Part shown: piece after piece, positions 53,507 to 63,163 of the stretch | Numbering within the stretch: the first letter of the stretch is position 1 | Layout: every line of letters starts with the position of its first letter | NCBI GenBank assembly: GCA_963845755.1 | Contig: CAWJTV010000025.1 | Coordinates: forward strand, 256,001-320,000 | DNA from: an uncultured Planctomycetota bacterium | GTDB taxonomy: Bacteria; Planctomycetota; Planctomycetia; Isosphaerales; Isosphaeraceae | Direction: 5' to 3' | DNA: 64,000 bases | Position numbers and translations under genes: made by a program | The notes under the pieces: model-generated | What the model saw: the letters and a program-made list of their open reading frames with translations, nothing else | Told to the model about the DNA's origin: nothing | Database searches by the model: none

Positions 53507-53719
53507 GTGGGGCAGGTGCAACCCACGGACGGAAGTCCCGGGAATTCGGTTGGCTGCATCCACCCTACGAAATCGATTTTTGGCCTCATGGAACAGATCC
53601 ACAGTCCGCGCATGGACGGAATCGAGGGCTCATGCGCCCAGATTGGTTAAGACTGTCGGCGTAAGGTGGGTGGAACCCACCGTAACCCCGAGCTGGATGG
53701 TGGGTTATACCCACGCTAC
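53507..53719. repeat. Two degenerate GTAG-type REP doublets (GTAGGGTGGGTGCAACCCACC consensus)
   Basis: gtggggcaggtgcaacccac...ggttggctgcatccaccctac (53507-53568) and gtaaggtgggtggaacccacc...ggtgggttatacccacgctac (53661-53719), between convergent genes. Confidence 0.7.
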
Positions 53720-53879
53720 ATATCCGCTGGCGGGAATCCTTACCCGGTTCGACCCATGAGCCGGATCGAGAATTCGCCAGACGCGTGCGGTGTTGGGACC
53801 ACAGGGAGGAAGACGCGAGTGAATTGAGTCGGGGATGACACTTTCCGTCGGACTTCCGAACCTTGCGACGGAAGTCTTG

Positions 53880-53911
53880 AAAAAAAAACCGCCGGAGGGG
53901 CTCCGGCGGTT
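53880..53911 (-). terminator. Rho-independent terminator downstream of dksA
   Basis: Minus strand: ccgccggag-ccc-ctccggcgg stem-loop followed by 9 T, ~30 nt after the stop. Confidence 0.88.
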
Positions 53912-53941
53912 CACGAGGTCGAGTTGCAATGATCGGGACGA

Positions 53942-54424
53942 TCAACGAGACTCGCTGAAATCCATCTCGAAGTCGCTGAGATTGATCTGGGACTCGCTCT
54001 CGCCTTCCTCGGAAGGCTTTTCATAAACCTTGGCCCACCGCTTCGAGTCCGGCTCCAAGGCTCTCGACTGACCGGCCCGTTCATTCTCGCGCTGGCAGTC
54101 GATGCAGCTATTGGTATAGGGCAGGGCGTTGAGCCGCGCTTCGGAGATCTTGCCACCGCAGAACTCGCAGCGACCATAGACCCCAGCCGCGATTCGCTGC
54201 AGGGCATGTTCGATCTGGCCGAGCTCTCGGCTCTCGATTTCCACAAGTTGTGAGCAAATCTCGTCGTTGGCTGAATCGACAGCCGCATCGACGTTATCGC
54301 CGACGACGCTCAGCTCCGAGAACTTCCGGAAGCTGTCCAGGTCGCCATTGAGGGCCTTCCGCAGCGCATCGCGCCGCGCGATGAGCCGGCTGGTCAGTCT
54401 AAGTAAGGCGTCTTTGCGGGCCAT
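53942..54424 (-). CDS. dksA: DksA/TraR-family C4 zinc-finger transcription factor
   Basis: AGGAGG RBS and ATG at 54424. Coiled-coil tip DNVDAA (DxxDxA); YGRCEFCG..I...RLNALPY..CIDCQ. Confidence 0.9.
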   Translation of the reverse strand: MARKDALLRLTSRLIARRDALRKALNGDLDSFRKFSELSVVGDNVDAAVDSANDEICSQLVEIESRELGQIEHALQRIAAGVYGRCEFCGGKISEARLNALPYTNSCIDCQRENERAGQSRALEPDSKRWAKVYEKPSEEGESESQINLSDFEMDFSESR

Positions 54425-55070
54425 TAAACACCTCCTGGTGTGGATCGATCGTATAAAAAAGAGTCGAAATCGGGCTGACAGACCCGCATTACGTTTGAAC
54501 TCATCGTTGCCGGAACTCAACGAACAATCCCATGACACGAATCACAGGCGGTCGGAATGGAATCGCGTGAGAGTCTTTCTGCGGAAAATCCCCGCTCCCT
54601 GCGCGTCTCTGAGGAATTCTCGATTCAACATTCAATATTTCCGATGGACACGATTCCGGAATCTTGAATCTTTGACTCTCGAATCCCAATTTAGTTGCAG
54701 CCAAAGGCCGCAATAGGATTGTTCTTGTCATGGCGAAGGCTAGCCAGCGGTCCGGCTACGCCCTCACTTGCATATTATGCGCCATGGGCAAGGGACGACG
54801 TCCGGTTCCGGCCGTCCCCAGAAATAATACGCCGTGATCCGCCAAGGGGTTGCCAAAAACTCGAAAAAATTTTTCGTCCTCGGCGACCCTGGAGTTCAGG
54901 ACAGTACGAGGGAATTCGGTTAGAGTCGGCACCGCAGCCGAGCGATCGTGCGTGGAAACTCAATCGCGGGTTCGAATTCGGCGGGTGTACGGAGGGTGGG
55001 AATGCATTCGGTCGTGCGTTGCATGGATTGCAGGCCCGAGAGCAGCGTATGCGAGGATCGGGTGGACGAG

Positions 55071-56692
55071 TCATCGGGCCGAGCCGAAGCCTCCCTTCGG
55101 GGTGATTCTGGGCAAGGTGTAGTCGGCAACCACCCGAGCTTTCAATGTATCGGGTGCGTGGAGAAGGTTTACATAACGGGCGGAATTGTTGTCAAGATGA
55201 TAGATCCACTGCTCAATCAGTTGGCCCCGTGAGGCCGAGTAGTTCACGCGAGACGGTCTACCGTTCATTTTGTGCCGGACCTCGTCGGCCGTGAGGCCGA
55301 GAAGGCCCTGGCTGGTCGCCGTCAACGCCTGGGAGGGCTTTGGCTTGTCGGATCCGGAGTCGGCCTCGGCGCCGGGTAGGATTTCGACCCACTCGCCTTT
55401 CAATTTACGGAAACCTCTAAGGCGAAATGCTTCCTCGGTCTCCTTGGAGGTTGGGTCGATTCTCCAGGCTTTACGGAGCAGCTCGACGGCCGTGACACGA
55501 TCCTGGAGAAGTTCTTCGTAGAGGCCCGCCAGCGACACGGGCCCATAGGCATCGGTCTCGCTGAGCCGCACCCGCTTGATCTCGAGCCAGTCGCGCACGA
55601 CCTTCAGGGCCTCGTCCGGCTGCCTGAGCTTCTCGCGATAAACCTGGGCCAGGGCCTTCACCTCCTGGAGCCGCAATGAGGCCAGGTCCTTCCTGTACTT
55701 GCCGACGGTCTTGTTCATCAAGCGGGTCGGAAGATCCGGCTTCTCGGGCAAGAGGGTCGCCGCCTGCTCGGCGAGGGCGACGCCAACCGCGAGTTCAGGG
55801 ATCGGTTGGCGATCCAGCAGGCGTCTCGCGCATCGGCCCACAGTCGACGATCGAGTGCCTTGCGGACCTCATCGGGAGTGGCGCGGTCGTTATAGGCCGC
55901 CTCGGGGTCGTTGGCATACGGGGCCTCCCACGGCGTCAGGTTGACGCGGGCGGCATTCTGATCGTTCGCGGCGTTCGGGAAGAATGCCGTGATCTCGCGG
56001 ATCACGTCCTCGAGGCGGCCCCGGTCCGTGGCGGTCTCCAGCTTGGCCCGCAGCGCACGGTGGGCCATCGCGGAAGGTCCCGGCTCCGGAACCTTCCGCC
56101 GGCGTGCGTCCTGGGCCATGGCTAGCCACGCCTGGGGCGCGTCGACGGCCCCGCGCTTCAGCTCCCCCTCCAGGCGCAGAACCTCGGCCTCCAGGTCCTG
56201 GGCACGCTTCATCAACGGACCATGTTCCTCGCCGAACTCAGTTGCACGGCGCTCGGCCCAACGCGCCCAGGCCTTGCGTGTGGCGGAGTCCCGCGGTGCC
56301 AGGCCGGCCAGCCCGCGCTCCAGCCGTTCCAGGTCGTCGGGGACGATCTGGAGGCCAGTCACCTCGCAAACCAGCCGCCCCTCGTTCCGTTTCAGGATCC
56401 CATGGACGACCACGGTCCTCATCCGGGAATGGGCCGGTGGGCGGAGCCGCTGCGGGACCCGGAACGGGACCGAGGTCCGCTTCAACTCGAGCTGGTCATC
56501 CTCCGAGCCCTTGCGTGTGACATAGAACCTCACGCGGTCGTCGACGACCACCTTGCGGCCGATCAGGTCCTCCCGGCACTCCAGGTCCGACGGCTCAACC
56601 CGGTGATCGGACTCTTGCCGCCCGATCGCACTACCAGCCAGTCCGAGAAAGAGAAGCCCGTACGCTCCCCAGGTCCAGGCTTGCCGTTTCAT
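55071..56692 (-). CDS. Exported hypothetical protein, helical, with C-terminal SmpA/BamE-like motif (frameshift at ~55828)
   Basis: Joins ORFs 55718..56692 and 55071..55841. Signal peptide. C-terminal LGLTADEVR..GRP.......EQWIY. Confidence 0.65.
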
Positions 56693-58095
56693 GGCGGGCC
56701 CTCCACGTCCGGCGGCGGATCGAGCACCGCGGTCGCCGGCTTGCCAAGTGCCTCCAACGCCCGGGGGTGCGTCAGGAATACGCCGCTTCCGGGCTTCAGT
56801 TTCACCACATAGTAATTCTTGTCGAAGTCGAATTCGAAGGCGGCGAGCTCCGCCCCAAACTTGACGGAATTGCCGACGTCGGGCGGGGCCAGCTCGAAGA
56901 GTTCGAAGCCGGTCAGGTCGATGTGGGCGAACGAATCCGGTCGCGACACGCCGCCCCCACCGAAGCGGCCCGTCTCTCCCGGCGGACAGACCAGGTAGTC
57001 GATCTCATAAGTCCCCGTGGTCCCGTCCCGGGGCACGGCCGTGATCGTCACGTCGAAGACATAGGCTCGGCCCTTGTAGACCATGTCGAACTTCGACTTC
57101 CACGAATCCCGATCGGTGCGTCGCGCCTCGGTGAGCATGTCCTCCAGGCTGATATCGCACAGGTTGACGTAGATGGCGGCCTCGTCGGCCGCGTGGCGGA
57201 TCTCCTCGGCCTCCTCCACGGCGCCACCCAGGGCATCGACGGCCTTCTTACCCGCGGCGAGGAGCTGGTGCGCCCTGTCGAAATCACCCGCATCCAGGGC
57301 CGGGATGCCCTCGAGCCGCGCCCGTTTGGCGATCTGGGGAAACTCTTGACGGCGGTCTTTCCAGTATCGCCAGCCCACCGCCGCGATGATCAGCAAGGGG
57401 ACCAGCGCGAAGATCCATCCATGCCGGCTGCGCCGTCGCGGCTCGTTCCGGGCCTCCAGGACGGCCGGGGCGGTCGGTTGGGGAACCGGGCGGGGACGGG
57501 CCGCAGGCCGCCGGGACGAACCGGCACGGCCGGGACGGGAGGGCTCAGTCGCCCGGGCCGCGTTGCGGTCGGATTCCGCTCTAGGCGTCCGGACCGGGGT
57601 CCCCTCGGCCGGCTTGCTCCGGCCTCGCCGGGGCGTGGCGGGGTTGGCCGTCCGTGTCGGGATGTCGGTCGCTTCGGCGGAATCCCCCTCCACCGCGCCG
57701 GCGGATCCTCGTTCCACGGCGGGTTCGGCCGGCTCATCCTCCCAGATGATGTCCGCTTCCACTCGATCTGGGCGTCGATCGGCCAGCTCGACCCCCGCAT
57801 GGGTGGGATCCGTCAATTCGACCGGACCCTCCGCTACGAACGCTCCGTCCGGCCGCCTCGCCGCGGCCCTCGAACCGGCCGACCGGGCCGGGGCAGCCGG
57901 CTCCGGCAACGGGCTCCGCGGCAAGACAAAGACGCCCTCCCCGCAAGCCGGGCAGCGGAGGGCTTGGTAGCCCTCCGTTCGCTCGCCTCGAACCCGATGA
58001 CCTGAGGAGCACGCCACGTTGAAATACTGGACCTTCGCGAGCGGCTCGGTCCCGAGATCCCGCAGGAATTTCTTCGCCCGGCCGAGAAACTTCAA
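56689..58095 (-). CDS. Hypothetical membrane protein with N-terminal zinc ribbon, disordered linker, one TM and periplasmic domain
   Basis: CSSGH...CPACG; Pro/Arg-rich linker; WIFALVPLLIIAAVGW. TTG start with GAGGT RBS. 4-nt overlap with the downstream gene. Confidence 0.7.
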   Translation of the reverse strand: MKFLGRAKKFLRDLGTEPLAKVQYFNVACSSGHRVRGERTEGYQALRCPACGEGVFVLPRSPLPEPAAPARSAGSRAAARRPDGAFVAEGPVELTDPTHAGVELADRRPDRVEADIIWEDEPAEPAVERGSAGAVEGDSAEATDIPTRTANPATPRRGRSKPAEGTPVRTPRAESDRNAARATEPSRPGRAGSSRRPAARPRPVPQPTAPAVLEARNEPRRRSRHGWIFALVPLLIIAAVGWRYWKDRRQEFPQIAKRARLEGIPALDAGDFDRAHQLLAAGKKAVDALGGAVEEAEEIRHAADEAAIYVNLCDISLEDMLTEARRTDRDSWKSKFDMVYKGRAYVFDVTITAVPRDGTTGTYEIDYLVCPPGETGRFGGGGVSRPDSFAHIDLTGFELFELAPPDVGNSVKFGAELAAFEFDFDKNYYVVKLKPGSGVFLTHPRALEALGKPATAVLDPPPDVEGPP

Positions 58096-58329
58096 CGAAT
58101 CACCTCTGTTCGACCGCCTGCTCTATCCGAAGCTCCGTGCGATCCGGATCGATCGATCCCCCGGCTCCGTCGTCGCCCTACGAACCGAATCGGGGAATTA
58201 TTGGAGACCTTTCGCCCGGGGTCAACGCAGGGCATCCCCGACTTCCCCACGTCGTTGCATCCCTCCTAACCCCGAGGGGAATCCCACCCGGTGGCCGAGC
58301 AACGATCGAGAATCGCGGACGAGAAGCCC

Positions 58330-58689
58330 CTAATGGAACGAATCGACCGAGGCGCGCTGATCCCGGTCGATGCTGAAGAGCCGATCGAGATTCGAAGTGC
58401 GGAAGACCTGCTGAATCACCGACGACATCTCGCAGAGGCGGAGCTTACCCCCGGAGTTCGCGACCCGGCGCTGGAGCAGGATCAGCTTGCTCAGCAGGGT
58501 GCTGGAGATCAGGTTGACGTCGGAGAAATCGAGAATGAGCCGGATCGGGGAGTTATCGTTGGGCAGGGCCGCAAGGATCTGATCGGCGACCTCGCGCACG
58601 GTCCGCTCGTCGAAAAGTTGACGGTCCTGGAAGCGAATTACCGTGATTCCATTCATCTCATTCACATGTATCCTGGGAGTAACGGCCAT
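58330..58689 (-). CDS. STAS-domain anti-sigma-factor antagonist
   Basis: LILDFSDVNLISSTLLSKLI..GGKLRLC..IQQVFRTSNLDRLF. Own ATG at 58689. Confidence 0.88.
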   Translation of the reverse strand: MAVTPRIHVNEMNGITVIRFQDRQLFDERTVREVADQILAALPNDNSPIRLILDFSDVNLISSTLLSKLILLQRRVANSGGKLRLCEMSSVIQQVFRTSNLDRLFSIDRDQRASVDSFH

Positions 58690-58870
58690 CGTCCAAACCC
58701 CTGCAAGAAATCCGCGTGTGATACCCTTGCTGCTCCCGTCCGCCCGGCTCAGCATGATCCTCGCACCAGGGGTCCCAATCAAGGAGGGACTTCCGCGAAC
58801 CGAGGCGCTTTTCCCCGATTCCCGGATCGCGGGCCGTCCGATGGGCTGGTCGCCTCCATCGATGCCGCCG

Positions 58871-58876
58871 ATTATA
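58871..58876 (-). promoter_or_regulatory. Putative -10 box (TATAAT) for the second STAS gene
   Basis: Perfect TATAAT on the minus strand ~180 nt upstream of 58689; rare in GC-rich DNA. Confidence 0.35.
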
Positions 58877-58949
58877 CACGGCTTCTTCGGAAGGCTGAAG
58901 GAGGAAGGCCGGCGGATGAGTCGGAACTGGCCCGGTCTTTGTTCCACCT

Positions 58950-59424
58950 TCAGCCTTCGGACTTCCCCCGGCGCCGCAGGCGGCTCAGCCCGCCGAGTGG
59001 CGAGTTCTCGGCGCGGGTGGCGTCTTTTTCGGCCGGCTTGTGACCCTCCCCCAGGTGATTCCCCGGATGTTCGCTGATCGCGCAGGAGGGCCGCGGCGCG
59101 ATCGGCGACGAACTCGAATAACGATTCCAGTTTGCTCGCCCGGAACACTTCGGCGACCGTTGGATCCACATCCGAGAAGATGATCCGGCCCCCGTTTTGC
59201 CGGACCAAGCGGTGCAGCGCCACGAAGTTCCCCAGGGCCGCGGATCCCGCGAAGCCCACCCCGCTGAGCTCGATGACCAGCTCGGGGCGCCCCCCCTTCT
59301 GAACATGAGCCTCATAGTGCTTGCGCAGGTCCTGCACCGGCGCGGGATCCAGTCGCAGGCAATCCCAGAACTCCGCGACCAGGATCCCGTCCACGTTGTG
59401 GGTCTGAACCGAGGGCTTCAACAT
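58950..59424 (-). CDS. STAS-domain anti-sigma-factor antagonist (probable frameshift at ~59082)
   Basis: LVIELSGVGFAGSAALGNFV..GGRIIF..VAEVFRASKLESLF. Tail inferred to continue in the frame ending at 58950. Confidence 0.8.
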
Positions 59425-59943
59425 CGATCACCTGTCCGGTGGCTAAACGATGGTATTCAAACATGGCGGAACCGGCCGGCACACAACCGGGAGCGAGTCA
59501 ATGAGTGTCCGTGCGACGGGATCTGCCCATCACGTCGCGGTTCGGTTACCCAACTCCCAGCGAGACAACGGCTTGCAAACTTGCGTTCCCCGAGCAACCC
59601 CGCGGAGGTTCGTCATCGCGCCAACCCGACAACCCGTCGCAGGTTGCGAATCAGGCCTGCCTTGCGACGACGTCCGATGAATGCCAGGAGGCCCAAACAC
59701 TCTCGATCCCGGTCCCTCGATATCGTACCAAAGTCGGAGGTCGCGCAACCAGTCGATGGCCGGAATCTGCCCGAGAGCGGGCCTGGGTCCCGGAACAATC
59801 CTTGCGACCGGCTTGACGAAGGCCGGGAAAATCCGAACCGACATCTCCGCATGGTCTCCCAGGGCCGATTCTGAGATAAAGGGAACGAAGGGGATGGCCC
59901 CACGTGCCGGATGTCCCACCGGATTGGCTTGGAGTGGAACGCT

Positions 59944-60953
59944 ATGCGTCGGTTCTTGCTCTTCTGGATTCTCGTCTTCCTGATCGCTGCCGGCCCGGCG
60001 CGTGCGGCGGACCCCGATTGGCTGGCTGGCGTTTTCCCCGAACGAGGCTATGACTTCGGTACCGTCGCCCGCGGCTCGCAGATCCGCCACACCTTCCTGG
60101 TGGTCAATCGGACCAATTCCGACATCCGGATCGCCGATTGGCGGCCCAAGTGCGGCTGCACCGAAGTACGCGTCGGCGCCAGGTGATCCCCCCCGGCACG
60201 CAGACCACCATCGAGGCCACGATCAACACGACCAACTTCCAGGGCTACAAGCCGTCGGGGCTGACCTTGACCCTCGATCGTCCGAGCTGGGCCGTGGTCG
60301 ATTTGAACCTGACCTGCTTCATCCGCAGCGACATCAACCTGAACCCCGGTCAGCTCGACTTCGGCATCGTCCGCCGATCGGCCAAGCTCCCCTCCTCCTC
60401 GCTGACGCTGACCTACGCCGGCGGCCGCTCCGACTGGAGCATCCTCCAGATGAAGACCCAGACCGCCAAGGTCAAGGCCGAGGCCAAGGAGATCGGTCGA
60501 ACGGCCGACGGCCAGATCAACTGGCTGATCACCGCCACGCTCCAGCCGGCGGTCACCACCGGGTCCTTCAAGGACGAGCTGACTTTGATCACCAACGACA
60601 CTCCCGCGCTCTCCATCCCGATCTCTGTCGCCGCCAACATCCAGACCGCAATCTCGGTCACCCCGTCGATCATCAACCTCGGCCGGGTCCGCCCCGGCCA
60701 GACGCTCTCGAAGTCCAATCTCCACGTCCGATCGTCGGCCCCCTTTGCCCTCACCAAGGTCACCGCCACCCGCTCGGAACTCACGCTCGCCGAGCCCAAG
60801 CCCGGCTCGATTGCCGATCACCTCGTGAATCTGACCTTCAAAGCCCCAGAGACGCCCGGCCCTTATCACGCGATCGTCAAGATCGAGACGGACCTCAAGG
60901 GAGAGCCACCCTCTCAGGTCAAGGTCTTCGCGACCGTGACCCCCTCCCCCTGA
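59944..60953 (+). CDS. DUF1573 (Ig-like) domain secreted protein (frameshift at ~60180)
   Basis: Signal peptide; YDFGTV..HTF..N...KCGCT../IPPG; repeated P..LDFG / PS.INLG Ig-like modules. Confidence 0.85.
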
Positions 60954-61103
60954 TCGGTAATTCCCGTGCCGAGGTGCGCACTTTCCCCTTGCCGCAAGCG
61001 GTCCGCCGAGCTACCCTATGCCCCTTCGTTGCCAACCGGCGTCACGTCTCAAGCGGATGTCGAGCAGGTCCGTTCTTGTCGCCTGTAGCGCGGGTGCCGA
61101 TTC

Positions 61104-61164
61104 GTAGGTCAGGCTTTCCAGCCGGACAATCCGCTGTCGCGTCGGGCGGGAAAGCCTGACCTAC
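61104..61164. repeat. GTAG-type REP doublet, same family as 16510..16567
   Basis: GTAGGTCAGGCTTTCCAGCCGGAC...GTCGGGCGGGAAAGCCTGACCTAC. Confidence 0.85.
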
Positions 61165-61207
61165 GGGACACCCCCGCAACGACTCTGCCGGGAAGGAGCC
61201 CGCGCCG

Positions 61208-63062
61208 ATGTCGAGAGTCCGAAATCAGGTCCTCATGGCGGCGCTGGTCGTCCTGTTCGGGGCGACGCGCGGGCTTGGATGGCAGGGCGAGCCTGCATCC
61301 CAGCCACAAACAACGCCAGAAACTCCGGATCCATCGACGATCGCCAAAGTGCCCCGGGCGGCGGGGCCGACCGAGACCGAGTCCGCGGTCGTGCGACGCC
61401 AGACGGACGAGCAGCTCAAGGGCGTTGATCCCGCTTCCATCGCCACGACGTCCACCCCGGCGACGCCCGGCGTCGCCGTTCGCTCCGATCCGCCGCCGGC
61501 ATCCGGCTCGGCGTTGGAGCCCCCATCGAGCACCGACAAGCAACTCCGCGAGGTCCTTCAAGACCGCTTACGATTGCTGGATGAGTTTGACAAGGCGTCC
61601 ATGGCCCTTCAGAAGGCGACCCATCCGGAGCCGAGTCTGGAGAAACAATTGGCCGAGGCCAAGGACGACCTCGGTCACCTCCAGGCGATATTGGCCCAGG
61701 CCGTGGCGCGGCCGGAGGCCGTGCTACCCCAGACGGACCGGGGACTCCTGTCCGGCGATTCGCCGACCTCGAGTGCCGAGATCAAAGCCGCACTGGAGGC
61801 GACGACCAACGAGTTGAAGGAGTGGAAGTCGAAACTGGAGACCTTGCGGACCGAGGTCGTGAACTCGGAGAACCAGCAAGCCGCCCGACGGACCCAGCGG
61901 GACAATCTGTTCCAGCGGGTCACCCTGAAGGCCCGTGGGCCGGAGCGCGAGGCCCTCGCCGGCGCCGCGACGGCCCGGGCACGCCGACTGGCCAAGGAGC
62001 GGCTGCTCAACGTCGAATGGGAGTCGCGTGTCGAGACCCTGCGCCTCCAGGTCATCGAGGCCGAGCTCGCGCTCGAACCGAAGCTGGCGGGCGTCCGTGA
62101 GTTGAGGTTGCGGGAGTGCCAGGCACGGATCCAGATCCTCCAGCGGACCTTTACGTTGATGCAAACGCGCGTATCGAGCGGTCGCCGAACGGCAGGAGCG
62201 CGAACTGAAGGAAAAGGCAGCCCGCGAAGAGAATACGGCGCTCCGCTCGCAGGATCCCCTGGAACGGTTTCGCGCCAACCAGTTGGCCGAGCTGCTGAAG
62301 CTCGAGGTCCAGGTCGTCAAGGACGAGCAGGTCGAGGCCACCAATCCTCCGCCGTCGCTGGACGAGCAGCGCAACCTGGCCGACCACACCGAGAAGGATT
62401 TCGCACGCCTCAAGGAGCTGGTCAACGACGGTCAGGTCAGCCGGCTGGACGCCGTCCGTCTCAACAATGAGTTCCGACGGATCGGCCCCGAGCGCGATCG
62501 CCTGCTCCGCAACGAGATGGCGATCATCGAGGCACGCCTCCAGTTCTATGAAGGGGCCCTGACCGATGCCGAGATCGAGCTGCTCCAGGACTCGTTGACC
62601 GATCGATCGGCGCACGATCTGCTGAGGGAACGGCTGCCGCAGTCGCGTTGGAGCGAGGGTGAGTCGCTGCTGGCGGAGGTGGAGCAGAAGCACCGGGCGC
62701 TGCTGGTGCGGCGCCGTGCGGCGCTGGAGCGCCTGACCCACTGCGCCGCCCAGACACTCGACCAGATCGCGCGGCGGTTGAGCATCCTCGACGAAGAGTA
62801 CGGGTTCATCCGCACACACATCTTCTGGGTTCGCGATCAGGAGCCGATCGGACTGGGGACCCTGGGTCGGGGCGTCCGCGAGGTTCGGCAGGTCGTCACC
62901 GCCGTACTGGGGCTGGCGCAGGAAGCCGTCGTGCCCAGGAACTGGCGCACCGCGTCCGCCGAATTCGTGACAGCGGCCCTGGCCGTGCTGGTCCTGCCGT
63001 TCGGGCTGATCCGCCTGCGCCGGAGCCTCCGCGCCCAGATCGAACGGGATCTCCAGTCTTGA
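61208..63062 (+). CDS. Periplasmic coiled-coil protein with C-terminal TM, resembling the N-terminal half of MscK-like channels (frameshift at ~62170)
   Basis: Signal peptide, long heptad-rich helices, HIFWVRDQEPI motif before the TM. Joins ORFs 61208..62470 and 62283..63062. Confidence 0.6.
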
Positions 63063-63096
63063 ACGGTGTACGAGACGGTGGTGGGGTCGGCATAGC

Positions 63097-63140
63097 GTAG
63101 GATGGGTCGGGCTGCGATTCCTCGCGGCGAGGCCCACCGA
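63097..63140. repeat. Single degenerate GTAG-type REP-like hairpin
   Basis: gtaggatgggtc-gggctgcgattcctcgcggc-gaggcccacc. Confidence 0.45.
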
Positions 63141-63163
63141 ATGCGCCTTTAAGGTCGAAAGCG

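Noticed and set aside
58330..59424. Apparent 364-aa double-STAS fusion protein
   Set aside because: The linker translates a repeat/hairpin and a TATAAT-containing intergenic region. An indel at ~59082 explains the read-through, so two genes are more likely.
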